Below the pieces are notes generated by a model. That model saw nothing but the letters and a program-made list of their open reading frames with translations. It searched no databases and had not been told where the DNA came from. A stretch of DNA of 64,000 bases, taken from NCBI GenBank assembly GCA_002722245.1, contig PBLA01000003.1:99109-163108 (forward strand). The letters run 5' to 3'. The translations under genes were made by a program, and so were the position numbers. The first letter of the stretch is position 1. Every line of letters starts with the position of its first letter. Shown here one piece after another: positions 9,941-19,907 of this stretch. This DNA is from Flavobacteriales bacterium (GTDB taxonomy: Bacteria; Bacteroidota; Bacteroidia; Flavobacteriales_C; GCA-002722245).

Positions 9941-11692
9941 ATGTCTCATCCTATTCTTGAAATAAAAAATCTAAAAGTAGAATTTACGAGTGAAAATAGT
10001 TCAACAAAAGCGGTTGATGATATTTGCCTTTCTGTCCATCAAGGGGAAATTGTAGGTGTAGTAGGTGAATCCGGCTCAGGAAAATCGGTTACTAGCCTAA
10101 GTGCTATGGGATTAATCCCGCAGCCACCTGGAAAAATAATAAGTGGAGAGATTCTTTTCACCAAAAAGAATGGAGAAATTGTCAACACTGTAAATGCACC
10201 TTCCAAATTGATGCAGTCAATTCGAGGCAATGAGATGAGTATGATTTTTCAGGAACCAATGACTTCATTGAATCCTGTGTTTACTTGTGGAGATCAAGTA
10301 ACAGAGGCCTTGATTCTTCACAAAGGCATGACTAAAAAACAAGCCTATCACGAAACAATCGAATTGTTTCGAAAAGTTGAGCTGCCTCGTCCAGAAATTA
10401 TTTTTGACCAATATCCTCACCAAATTTCCGGAGGACAAAAGCAACGTGTAATGATTGCAATGGCAATCTGTTGCGCACCTCAACTCTTAATTGCTGATGA
10501 GCCAACAACAGCGTTAGATGTTACTGTACAAAAAACCATATTGGAATTAATTAAGTCCATCCAGAAAAAAACCAAAATGGGCGTGCTTTTTATAACACAC
10601 GATTTAGGAGTAATCTCGGAATTGGCAGACTCAATAGTTGTGATGTATAAGGGCAAAATTGTTGAGCAAGGCCCTGTTCAACAAATTTTCAACCAACCAC
10701 AGCACCCCTATACAAAAGGCCTTATTGCCTGTAGACCTCCATTAGACGTTAGGTATACAAAACTTCCTACAGTGCCTGACTTTATGGCGATAAATGAACA
10801 CAATGAAATTTATTCGAAAATAAACTCGATACCCGAATACCTAACACAGATCACATTAACAAATGACCATCGTATAAATCGGCATAAAAAAATATATAAT
10901 CAACGTCCGTTATTAGAGATAAATAACTTGAAGACATTTTATCCCATTAAAAAAAATATTTTGGGAAAAACAACGCAATGGGTTAAGGCTGTAAACGATG
11001 TAAGCTTCAAAGTATTTCCTGGTGAGACGTTAGGATTAATTGGTGAAAGCGGATGCGGAAAAACAACAACAGGGAAATCTATTGTCCAATTATCACCTGT
11101 CACTTCTGGTGAAATAATGTATAAAGGAAAAGATGTTTTAACAATGGATAAACAAGAACTTCAAGCCTATAGAAAAGAAGTTCAAATTATTTTCCAAGAT
11201 CCGTATTCATCTCTTAATCCAAGAATGACTATTGGCAAAGCCATTATGGAGCCAATGAAGGTTCATGGTCTGCTGAATTCTGAGGATGAACGAAAAAAAA
11301 GGGCCATTTCTCTCCTAAAAAAAGTAGGGCTAACCCCTAATCAGTTTAACAACTACCCTCACCAATTTAGTGGAGGCCAGCGCCAACGAGTATGTATTGC
11401 AAGAACTCTAGCCATGGAGCCAAAATTCATCATTTGTGATGAAAGTGTCTCCGCCTTAGACGTATCTGTTCAGGCACAAGTCCTTAACCTATTAAACGAA
11501 CTCAAAGAAGAGTTTGGCTTAACCTATATTTTTATCTCGCATGACCTGTCCGTTATCAAATATATGTGTGACAAAATGGTTGTTATGAATCAACAAGGTA
11601 AAATTGAACGTTATGGCGAATGCGATGAGATTTATGAAGATCCTCAAACCAATTATACGAAAAGCTTAATTGAAGCTATTCCGAAAATTTAG
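9941..11692 (+). CDS. ABC transporter ATP-binding protein with two fused nucleotide-binding domains (Dpp/Opp-type, GsiA-like)
   Basis: Two Walker A motifs (GESGSGKS, GESGCGKTT), two signature motifs (ISGGQKQRV, FSGGQRQRV) and two Walker B motifs (LLIADEPT, FIICDES). Each NBD is followed by the oligopeptide-transporter C-terminal motif (QHPYTKGL / TNYTKSL). Confidence 0.8.
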   Translation: MSHPILEIKNLKVEFTSENSSTKAVDDICLSVHQGEIVGVVGESGSGKSVTSLSAMGLIPQPPGKIISGEILFTKKNGEIVNTVNAPSKLMQSIRGNEMSMIFQEPMTSLNPVFTCGDQVTEALILHKGMTKKQAYHETIELFRKVELPRPEIIFDQYPHQISGGQKQRVMIAMAICCAPQLLIADEPTTALDVTVQKTILELIKSIQKKTKMGVLFITHDLGVISELADSIVVMYKGKIVEQGPVQQIFNQPQHPYTKGLIACRPPLDVRYTKLPTVPDFMAINEHNEIYSKINSIPEYLTQITLTNDHRINRHKKIYNQRPLLEINNLKTFYPIKKNILGKTTQWVKAVNDVSFKVFPGETLGLIGESGCGKTTTGKSIVQLSPVTSGEIMYKGKDVLTMDKQELQAYRKEVQIIFQDPYSSLNPRMTIGKAIMEPMKVHGLLNSEDERKKRAISLLKKVGLTPNQFNNYPHQFSGGQRQRVCIARTLAMEPKFIICDESVSALDVSVQAQVLNLLNELKEEFGLTYIFISHDLSVIKYMCDKMVVMNQQGKIERYGECDEIYEDPQTNYTKSLIEAIPKI

Positions 11693-11758
11693 CTATTAAG
11701 AAACTTCCTGAGCTTCACAATGATTTGACTAAGGACAAATTCAGAAAAGCATACTGCT

Positions 11759-12319
11759 TTATATTTCCCAACTCAAGTAGACAGAAGGTATAATTAAGAA
11801 GGGTGTTAACGCATAAGCCCCATTGTCTCCGCCAATTTTATGGCGTCCTGCTAAAGCAACGTAAGGATTAATATAGAAACGCGAATGAGTAAATGGAAAC
11901 CATTTGTAATTCAACCGAGCAATATACTCCAATTGCTGATAATGGAAAGTTGTTCTATTTTGCACAACTGTTTGATTGAGGTGTACAACACCCAATCCCG
12001 CCCATAGCCCGCTTTTTCCTGCACCTAACTTTTTATCGGCATAAAAAGCTACTCCAAGGTTCACTCTTTCCTCCCACCCCAAATTTGAGTTTTTTGCGTT
12101 TAAATTGACTACCGCAGTTGGAATCGTCATAGAAAAACCCTCTAACGCAAACTCAGTGCGCGGTTTTTTTTTCGGAAGTATACCTAATTTGATGGACCCT
12201 CCTGAAAAAGCATAAGGAGAAACATCCGCTGCGATTGACCACTTAGTTTTCAGTGAATCTTGAGCAGAAAGATTCATTGCTATAATCGCTAGAAATAGAA
12301 TGAGAAAGCCTTGTTTCAT
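11759..12319 (-). CDS. Hypothetical secreted protein (possible small outer-membrane beta-barrel)
   Basis: Signal peptide MKQGFLILFLAIIAMNLSAQ; alternating-hydrophobic beta-strand-like composition; no family recognised. Confidence 0.4.
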   Translation of the reverse strand: MKQGFLILFLAIIAMNLSAQDSLKTKWSIAADVSPYAFSGGSIKLGILPKKKPRTEFALEGFSMTIPTAVVNLNAKNSNLGWEERVNLGVAFYADKKLGAGKSGLWAGLGVVHLNQTVVQNRTTFHYQQLEYIARLNYKWFPFTHSRFYINPYVALAGRHKIGGDNGAYALTPFLIIPSVYLSWEI

Positions 12320-12349
12320 AATTTCTTTAAATGTACTCTCTTTTTAAAA

Positions 12350-13051
12350 TTACACAACTTTCATCTTTTTTTGCTTGCACACTTGTCGAATTGAAAAGAT
12401 ATGCATCCAAACCGCTAAAGGCATATATAGCGTGGCTATAGAGAGCGCGGGCATTTTCATCATTTCATTACTCATCATGGGTGCTTCTTTTCCCCAAAAT
12501 GTGTCCCAAGCAATGGAAGCGGTGAAGAAAATCCCTACAATAAATCCAAGCATGATTAATCCAATGAGATTCCATACTAAAAGAATTTTTCCACTCAGTT
12601 TTTTCTTCCACATTAAATACCCCATAATTAAGGCTGTAATACCAAAATAAAACTCATAATTATACCCGATCATGGTTGCTTCCTTTGGTCCCCAACCTAG
12701 TAAATATATTAAGTAAATAAACAATTCAACAAGAATGCGAAAGCTTTGAAACATTACAGGTAAATGCAAGGGTAAATAATTGCACAGTTGATTACCAATT
12801 TTAGAAAAACTAAACACCGCTAAAAGCACAAAGGAGGGTAATATACCAGCGTAAACTAATCGGGGTGGCATTGCGAGATTAGTATAAAATTCAAATTCGC
12901 CCAAAATAAAAACACCTAATTGAAATAAAACCATTGTTAGAGGAAACCACCAAATCATTTGTTTTAAACCAGGTAAAGTGTGCTTCCATGCGAAAAAACT
13001 GACTTCAGTTAATAGTATCGCAGAAAAAACATAAAACAAAATAGAGATCAT
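12350..13051 (-). CDS. Hypothetical polytopic membrane protein
   Basis: Six or more hydrophobic helices; 30 bp upstream of 11759-12319 on the same strand, so a likely operon. Confidence 0.4.
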   Translation of the reverse strand: MISILFYVFSAILLTEVSFFAWKHTLPGLKQMIWWFPLTMVLFQLGVFILGEFEFYTNLAMPPRLVYAGILPSFVLLAVFSFSKIGNQLCNYLPLHLPVMFQSFRILVELFIYLIYLLGWGPKEATMIGYNYEFYFGITALIMGYLMWKKKLSGKILLVWNLIGLIMLGFIVGIFFTASIAWDTFWGKEAPMMSNEMMKMPALSIATLYMPLAVWMHIFSIRQVCKQKKMKVV

Positions 13052-13195
13052 TTATTTACCTGATTTTAATTTTAAAGATACGAACAAGACTTTTTAAAGA
13101 AATGGAATTAGATTTAAAAGAGCTGAATACTTAAATCTTTTCCCCATCCCTTAAACAACCTGATTTTAAAATTATGCTTCATTATCTTTATAAAG

Positions 13196-15325
13196 ATGAA
13201 TCGTTTAAAAGAGCTCCTCCATTGTTATCGATTTCCCATTATTTTATCAATTGTGATAACACTTGTTATCTGGCCAATTTCTTTCCACCTCTTTTCTCCT
13301 AAATGGGACAATATTGATTGCTTTTTGCCCTATCGGTATTTTTTGTCCTCATACATTAATCAAGGAGAGTGGCCATGGTGGAACCCTTTTCAGAGTTTGG
13401 GTTATCCTGGGTATGCTGATTTACAAAGCGGGGCCTGGAACCCCATTACCTGGACCATGATTGGTCTTTTTGGTGACTATACAATACACGCTCTTTCCAC
13501 AGAGCTTACGCTTTATTTTTTGTTAGGTGGTTTAGGGATGTATAAATTTTCTATCTGCATATCCAAGGATAGTTATATAAGAATGTTTTGTGGATTTTCA
13601 TTCGCATTGTGTGGGTTTATGGTGGGCACAACTCAAATCATGGTTTTTTTAATTGGTATTGTATGGCTTCCTTGGATTTTGCATGCAATTAGGGCATTAG
13701 CACATGAAACAAAACTTAAACATGCCTGTTATTTAGGCTTGTATATCGCATTAGAAACAACTTCTGCAAGCCCGGCTTTTACGATTATCTTAATTTATAT
13801 TCTGTTAGGAGCAGTGGTGTTTTACACGCTAAAAAGTGGTAAACAAAAGCTTAAAGTATTTAGGTTATATTGTTTCGCTGGGTTAATCGCTATACTACTG
13901 TGTTTACCATTGGTTAGTTCGTTTAATGACTTTTCTCCATATTTTGGCAGGGTAGGTAAGTTAGAATATTTGCCGTGGGTTTACGCAGGGTCTTTTGATT
14001 TTGCAGAATATATTTCTTTAATATTCCCCATGACAATTCTAAGTAAGGGTGATGTGTGGGGGTCAACTGATTTAACCTTAAGAAACGGTTATTTTGGCCT
14101 TTTTGGTTTAATTATAAGTGTATATGCTCTTGTAAAATGTTGGAAATTAAAAAACACAAAAATATTAGCTATTTTAGGATTAGTTGCATTACTCTTAGCG
14201 GCAGGTGATTATACACCTATTTTCAAAATGGCATACAATCTTCCAGGGTTTGGGAGGTTTCGCCACCCTAGCTTTTTTAGGTCATATTTTATTTTTTTCA
14301 TGATTTTATTATCAGGTATTGGACTAAATGAAATTAAACACAAACAGCATGCTTTTTCTTCATGGATAATTGTCGTTCTAATTGTTACTTTCGGGATACT
14401 ACTATCAGTGTATAGTAACAGCATAGGTTTCGTTACTGATCTGCTAAGTGACTTGTTAACGTTTAAGGAAAAACCTGATTATTTTGCTGAACCCTTTTTA
14501 TTTATTAACTCTACAATAGTCATTCTCCTATTGTTAACCTACCTTTTGTTGTCCAAAAAAGTAAAAAACAAACTTCAATTAATTCTATACTTAGGAGTGT
14601 TTGATTTGGTTTTACAAACGCAAATAACTGCTGCCACAACAATGGTTTTTCCTCAAAAAACCACAGAGCAATTTAGCGAATTTTATGATCTATTGCCTTC
14701 TGAAATTGATCAGGATCCAACCGAGAAACCATTAAAAGATTTTAACGGTTATCGCAAAGGCTGCGATCCATATCCAATTTGGAGAAATGTTGGAACCTTT
14801 ACCAAACAAATTTCTTTAAACGGACATAATCCAACAATGATGAGCAGCTTTAATGTTTTAGAAAAAAATGGTGGGTTGAATAATATAGGTTTAAACCCTG
14901 TTTTCTTTGCTTCAAAACATATTGTGGATAGTGCTCAACTAGCCACCCAGCCAAATACAGTTTGGGGGACCTCAATTTCAAATGACGAAATAAGGCTAGA
15001 TCAAAAAAAGATTGAGCACAATGGGTTTTTCATGGAAGTTACAAACCCTTCAAAAGATACTGGTTTAATCGTGATTAATCAGAACTTTCACCATTTATGG
15101 CAAGCAACGTTGAATAAGAACTCTACTGAAATAAAACGTGTAAACGATGGTTTAATGGGGATTGAAATCCCTCCACAAACAAATGCTCGTGTCCAAATGA
15201 TTTATGATGCTCCAACAACTCGACTATGTTTTTGGTTTTCAGTTGTTTCCTATCTAATTTTATTTCTTTACCTCATTCAAAATATCCTTTACCCTCATAA
15301 ACCACAATTAAAAAAGTCAGCCTAA
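13196..15325 (+). CDS. Large polytopic membrane protein, YfhO-family-like
   Basis: 709 aa with many TM helices in the N-terminal two-thirds and a C-terminal soluble region. N-terminal motifs (WDNIDCFLPYRYF, WPWWNPFQSLGYPGYADLQSGAWNP) resemble YfhO/glycosyltransferase-39-like membrane proteins. Assigned from memory only. Confidence 0.45.
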   Translation: MNRLKELLHCYRFPIILSIVITLVIWPISFHLFSPKWDNIDCFLPYRYFLSSYINQGEWPWWNPFQSLGYPGYADLQSGAWNPITWTMIGLFGDYTIHALSTELTLYFLLGGLGMYKFSICISKDSYIRMFCGFSFALCGFMVGTTQIMVFLIGIVWLPWILHAIRALAHETKLKHACYLGLYIALETTSASPAFTIILIYILLGAVVFYTLKSGKQKLKVFRLYCFAGLIAILLCLPLVSSFNDFSPYFGRVGKLEYLPWVYAGSFDFAEYISLIFPMTILSKGDVWGSTDLTLRNGYFGLFGLIISVYALVKCWKLKNTKILAILGLVALLLAAGDYTPIFKMAYNLPGFGRFRHPSFFRSYFIFFMILLSGIGLNEIKHKQHAFSSWIIVVLIVTFGILLSVYSNSIGFVTDLLSDLLTFKEKPDYFAEPFLFINSTIVILLLLTYLLLSKKVKNKLQLILYLGVFDLVLQTQITAATTMVFPQKTTEQFSEFYDLLPSEIDQDPTEKPLKDFNGYRKGCDPYPIWRNVGTFTKQISLNGHNPTMMSSFNVLEKNGGLNNIGLNPVFFASKHIVDSAQLATQPNTVWGTSISNDEIRLDQKKIEHNGFFMEVTNPSKDTGLIVINQNFHHLWQATLNKNSTEIKRVNDGLMGIEIPPQTNARVQMIYDAPTTRLCFWFSVVSYLILFLYLIQNILYPHKPQLKKSA

Positions 15326-15326
15326 T

Positions 15327-16670
15327 TTATTTTTTCTTTCTTCTAAGATTCTGATTTTTATCCCCACGAGTTCGAGATTTTTTGTGTTTTTTTTTCAATT
15401 CTCGCTTGTATTTTCCTCCAAGGTTAACCTTACTGTTTTTGGCTGATTTTTCATGGAATGCCGCTCCAACTTCACGTTTTGTTTCTCGGTTTTTGGATTG
15501 ACGAAGGAATGGTCGTTCTTTTTCTTCAGCTAATAACTGTTGGCTTTCTTCAACATCATTTGGAAAGTCAATTTCTGGAATTTCAAAATTCATTAGCTGC
15601 TCAATTTCCAGTTTATTTTCTTCTTCTTTGTCCGTATAGAAAAGTATTGAATTTCCTTTTTCCTGTGCCCTACCCGATCGTCCTATTCTGTGTATATAGT
15701 TTTCTGGGAATGATGGTACATCAAAGTTGATAACGTGAGTTACTTTATGGAAGTCCAAACCTCTTGCAATAATATCCGTTGCAATTAAGATTCTGTACTC
15801 TCCCTCATCAAATAGCTCAATGGTTTCTATTCTTGCATTCTGCGATTTATTAGAGTGGATTATGCCTACTCCATTTATCGCTATTAAATCGTAAAGTCTA
15901 TCTGCTAACTTTTTGCTAGATACGAAAACTACCACCTTAGTAAAGACTTTTTTATCCCTAAGGATATACTTTAGTAAATTGATTTTAGTAAAGAAATTCT
16001 TTACTGAATAACATGTTTGATTAATATTTTTCAAAGGTTCTCCGCTAACAGCAATAGCAATTCTTTTAGGTGACTTAAAGAAGGTGTCTATAAGCTCATC
16101 CACCTCATCTGTCATTGTTGCTGAAAACATAATGTTTTGTCGTGCCTCCGATAATATATCAAAGATGTTTTTCAGTTGTGTTCTAAATCCAAGGTCCAAC
16201 ATAACATCTACCTCATCAATAACTAGTTTCCTTACGTCTTTTAATGGAATAGCATAACTCACGGCTAAGTCGTATAATCTTCCTGGAGTAGCAACTACCA
16301 CATCAATTCCGTCAACCACCTCTTGCTTTTGTGTGTTTATGTTTACTCCTCCATAGGCTCCATAAACTCGGATTCCCATGAATTTTGTTAATTGTTCTAC
16401 TGCCTCAACAACTTGAACAACTAGCTCACGAGTTGGAACCAAAACAAGCACTCGAGGGGTAATTTGTTTAGAAAACTTTAAATCTTGGAGAATTGGTAAA
16501 AGATAGGCCAAAGTTTTTCCTGTACCGGTTTGTGATATTCCTACAACATCTGAACCCGACCGTATAACAGGATAAGCCTCTTTTTGAATTGGAGTTGGAT
16601 GTGTTAACCCCAACTCGTGAAGCCCTTTTGCTAAAAACTTTTGAAGGTTTATATCATCGAATTGCTCCAT
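15327..16670 (-). CDS. DEAD-box ATP-dependent RNA helicase with basic C-terminal tail
   Basis: Q-motif/motif I (PTPIQKEAYP...SQTGTGKT), motif II (VIDEVDVM), SAT motif and HRIGRSGRAQ. Lys/Arg-rich tail at the C-terminus. Confidence 0.85.
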   Translation of the reverse strand: MEQFDDINLQKFLAKGLHELGLTHPTPIQKEAYPVIRSGSDVVGISQTGTGKTLAYLLPILQDLKFSKQITPRVLVLVPTRELVVQVVEAVEQLTKFMGIRVYGAYGGVNINTQKQEVVDGIDVVVATPGRLYDLAVSYAIPLKDVRKLVIDEVDVMLDLGFRTQLKNIFDILSEARQNIMFSATMTDEVDELIDTFFKSPKRIAIAVSGEPLKNINQTCYSVKNFFTKINLLKYILRDKKVFTKVVVFVSSKKLADRLYDLIAINGVGIIHSNKSQNARIETIELFDEGEYRILIATDIIARGLDFHKVTHVINFDVPSFPENYIHRIGRSGRAQEKGNSILFYTDKEEENKLEIEQLMNFEIPEIDFPNDVEESQQLLAEEKERPFLRQSKNRETKREVGAAFHEKSAKNSKVNLGGKYKRELKKKHKKSRTRGDKNQNLRRKKK

Positions 16671-16823
16671 AAAACAAACTTACGGATTATAATTTTCGTT
16701 TCAACATTTCAGTTTTTAAGTAAATTACTGTCTTGGTTCCTACAATATCACCTGTTTTTCACTCTATATCGAACTCTATTTTCACTCGCTTACAACAACA
16801 AACTGCTTATGTAAAATATCTAT

Positions 16824-17195
16824 TCAATGGAAATTAAGTATTCCACTAAACGCATCCTCATAATGAGTAAGACATGAACTATCCTCGTTTAAAACTATGG
16901 CAATAATATCAAATCGAACAGGAACCTCAATATTCAAACGTTCTAAATACACGTCCGCGACCGTAATTAAATCCTTTTCCTTTTGTTCATCAACAGATTT
17001 TTCAGGAGCTCCAAATTCATCTGAAGATCGTGTTTTAACCTCAACAAAAACAACTTCTTCTCCATTATCTGCAATAATATCAACCTCCAAATGGCCCATT
17101 CTCCAATTGGAGTGATGAATTAGATAGTTTTTACTTTTTAGATACTGAATGGCGATTTTCTCTCCCTCCTCGCCAAGTAAGTTGTGCTCTGCCAT
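16824..17195 (-). CDS. yraN: YraN-family (UPF0102) endonuclease
   Basis: GEEGEKIAIQYL...GHLEVDIIA...VVFVEVKTRS pattern typical of YraN; 123 aa. Confidence 0.8.
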   Translation of the reverse strand: MAEHNLLGEEGEKIAIQYLKSKNYLIHHSNWRMGHLEVDIIADNGEEVVFVEVKTRSSDEFGAPEKSVDEQKEKDLITVADVYLERLNIEVPVRFDIIAIVLNEDSSCLTHYEDAFSGILNFH

Positions 17196-17198
17196 ACA

Positions 17199-18314
17199 TC
17201 AAGCCTTTAATTGGTAATTATTTCCTGGTAAAGCCTTTATTTTTCCACTCAGTTCTAAAGAAAATAACATGCTCGAAACTTTGTGGATAGGCTGGTTTAA
17301 CTGAAGCGCGATTTGATCCTTATTTGAAATACCGGTTTGTTGAATAATTTCTAAAATATTCTTTTCATCACCAACTTCGTTATCAAAACAAGTGAGTTGT
17401 TTAACCGTGTTTTTATTGGTGGTTTTGATCCAATTTAACGCTTTTAAAACATCCTCTCCAGACTCTACCAACGCAGCTTTATTTGATTTAATTAATTGAT
17501 TGCAACCCGCCGAAAAAACATCAATACTCCTACCAGGAACCGCTAAAACATCACGACCATATGAATGCGCAATATTTGCTGTAATAAGCGCTCCTCCTTT
17601 TTTTGTCGCCTCTACAATTAGGGTGGCGTCTGCCATTCCTGCAACAATTCTATTGCGCTTAGGGAAATTTTCGCGATCTGGATTACTTCCACTTAAAAAC
17701 TCAGTTAGCAATCCACCGTTTTGTACCATCCTTCTCGCAAGTTCTCTGTTTTTTTGAGGATAAAGCTTGTCCAGTCCATGTGCTAACACTCCTATTGTAG
17801 ACATATTGTTATCCAACGAAAATTTATGCGCATAGGCGTCAATGCCGTAAGCTAAACCACTGACTATGATGATCTTGTGATCTGCGAGATCTTCTATAAT
17901 TCTGCGCGTCACATCTTCGCCGTAAGCAGTCGCTTTTCGAGTACCCACAACAGCAAGAATTTTATTTTTATTCAAAAAGGGAGTTCCTTTAAAATACAAT
18001 ATATATGGACTATCGTTACACGACTTTAATTGCTCAGGATAGTGCTCGTCATCATAAAACCAAATCGCTATGTTATGTTTTTGAGTAAACTTAAACTCTT
18101 GATGCGCTCTTTTCAAAGCCGCCCTTTTTAATGTGGAATTACACAACGTAGAAAGCAATACTTTTCCAACCCCAGGTATGCATTCAAGGTCCTTCTCTGA
18201 TGCTTGAAATAATGCCTTAGCGCCTTTAAAATATTCCGTTAAAAGTTTTGCATATAAATGCCCTATACCGGGTAACTGAATTAATGCAATTCGATAAAAT
18301 CCTTCCTGATTCAT
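17199..18314 (-). CDS. dprA: DNA-processing protein DprA (Smf)
   Basis: Rossmann-like DprA core (VVGTRKATAYGE, SGLAYGIDAYAHKFSL, GGALITANIA). Length 371 aa. Conserved yraN adjacency. Confidence 0.85.
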   Translation of the reverse strand: MNQEGFYRIALIQLPGIGHLYAKLLTEYFKGAKALFQASEKDLECIPGVGKVLLSTLCNSTLKRAALKRAHQEFKFTQKHNIAIWFYDDEHYPEQLKSCNDSPYILYFKGTPFLNKNKILAVVGTRKATAYGEDVTRRIIEDLADHKIIIVSGLAYGIDAYAHKFSLDNNMSTIGVLAHGLDKLYPQKNRELARRMVQNGGLLTEFLSGSNPDRENFPKRNRIVAGMADATLIVEATKKGGALITANIAHSYGRDVLAVPGRSIDVFSAGCNQLIKSNKAALVESGEDVLKALNWIKTTNKNTVKQLTCFDNEVGDEKNILEIIQQTGISNKDQIALQLNQPIHKVSSMLFSLELSGKIKALPGNNYQLKA

Positions 18315-18370
18315 AACATTGGAAATTGTACGAATCTCGATTAAATCACAAATAAGAACACTTATGGCAC

Positions 18371-18401
18371 AAAAAAAGCCATTCTAACATAATGGCTTTT
18401 T
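18371..18401 (-). terminator. Rho-independent terminator downstream of thiL
   Basis: GCCATT-7 nt loop-AATGGC hairpin flanked by an A-run on + and a T-run on -, so it reads as a terminator on the minus strand after the thiL stop. Confidence 0.6.
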
Positions 18402-18432
18402 AATGCTTTGGTCATATTACTAAAAAAAATAA

Positions 18433-19473
18433 TTAATCTTTTAGCGCGTTCCAGCCTTGAGCCTCCAAAGGATGCGTAGTACCATCTTTTGCTGTTAAGT
18501 TATAACCATCTGATTCAACAACAAAGTGGCCAATGATTGTAAACATTGGATGATTTTTAATCTTTTCGTAATCTCCTAAGTCTATTGCAAAGACTAATTC
18601 ATAATCTTCACCACCATTCAATGCACACATCGTTGGATCCAAGTGGTGATCTCTAGCTCGATCAAACGTTTGTTGATCAATGGGTAATTTCTCTTCATAA
18701 ATTGACACACCTACTCCAGACTGCTTGCATAAATGAATCACTTCTGAAGACAAGCCATCGGAAATATCCATCATGGCATTGGGTTTGACACCAAGTGTTT
18801 CAAACTCTCGAATGATGTCTAAACGAGCCTCTGGCTTCAATTGTCTTTCCAAAATATAATCACAGTCCGATAAGTCGGGCTGTACGTTTGGACTCTCCTC
18901 ATATATTTGTTTCTCGCGCTCCAAAATTTGAAGCCCCATATAGGCGCCTCCCAAATCACCAGAAACAACTAGTAAGTTGGACTCTTTCACGCCGTTTCGA
19001 TAAACTAACTTTTCTTCTTTCGCTTCTCCAATGGCAGTCACAGAAATGGTTAGTCCCGAAATAGAAGATGTAGTATCACCACCAATTAAATCTACTTTAT
19101 ATAACTCACAAGCAAGATTTATTCCATCATAAATTTCTTCAACAGCCTCCAATGAAAACCGATTGGATAAGGATAGGGAAACTGTTATTTGTCGAGGCAC
19201 TGCATTCATAGCTATTATATCCGATATATTCACCATTACAGCCTTGTAGCCAAGATGTTTAAGCGGAACATAACTCAAATCAAAATGAACCCCTTCAACC
19301 AACAAATCTGTTGAAATTACAGTATGTGAATCTGAATCATATTTTAGCACAGCCGCATCATCACCAATTCCTTTTATGGTAGAAGCATTTCGAATTTGAA
19401 CCTTTTTTTTGATTAAATCAATTAGTCCAAATTCTCCTAAATCTGATAGCTCTGTTCTGTTGTCCTCACTCAT
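18433..19473 (-). CDS. thiL: Thiamine-monophosphate kinase ThiL
   Basis: AIR-synthase-related/PurM-like fold with GEFGLIDLI, GDDAAV. Start placed at the internal MSEDNRTELS rather than the longer ORF, to avoid overlapping the upstream small ORF. Confidence 0.8.
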   Translation of the reverse strand: MSEDNRTELSDLGEFGLIDLIKKKVQIRNASTIKGIGDDAAVLKYDSDSHTVISTDLLVEGVHFDLSYVPLKHLGYKAVMVNISDIIAMNAVPRQITVSLSLSNRFSLEAVEEIYDGINLACELYKVDLIGGDTTSSISGLTISVTAIGEAKEEKLVYRNGVKESNLLVVSGDLGGAYMGLQILEREKQIYEESPNVQPDLSDCDYILERQLKPEARLDIIREFETLGVKPNAMMDISDGLSSEVIHLCKQSGVGVSIYEEKLPIDQQTFDRARDHHLDPTMCALNGGEDYELVFAIDLGDYEKIKNHPMFTIIGHFVVESDGYNLTAKDGTTHPLEAQGWNALKD

Positions 19474-19489
19474 AATTATAAAATTTGAC

Positions 19490-19864
19490 TCAATGTCGAG
19501 TTTGTCGTTGCACCTGTGTTTTTTCCTCAAAAAATGCGTAATTGGGGCATGAATTGGTAAGAATATTTTGAACTTTAATTAAAATACTACCACGAATTCC
19601 CAATTTATCCAAATCCTCTTCTCTTCTTTTTTCTGTTTCAAAATTCTTGTTGATAGCCTCTTGATTTTTGACAATCGCTTTACTCAAACATTGCATTTTT
19701 AGTCCAGTTAGTGCAGTTTTGATTGTGTTTGTATCGATCATACTCAAACAAACACAAGCTGTATCTGCTACCTGTTGCTCAATGGTGTTTTGATTTTCTT
19801 TTTGAGCTTGTAGTGTAACAGCCCACAAAAAAAATCCAAGGAAGATATAGCACACTTTATACAT
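19490..19864 (-). CDS. Small hypothetical secreted protein (124 aa, 4 Cys)
   Basis: Clear signal peptide MYKVCYIFLGFFLWAVTLQAQ; no recognisable domain. Could be spurious. Confidence 0.35.
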   Translation of the reverse strand: MYKVCYIFLGFFLWAVTLQAQKENQNTIEQQVADTACVCLSMIDTNTIKTALTGLKMQCLSKAIVKNQEAINKNFETEKRREEDLDKLGIRGSILIKVQNILTNSCPNYAFFEEKTQVQRQTRH

Positions 19865-19907
19865 ACTTATAAAGTTAAACTATTTTTACACGGTAATCAT
19901 TTACAGC

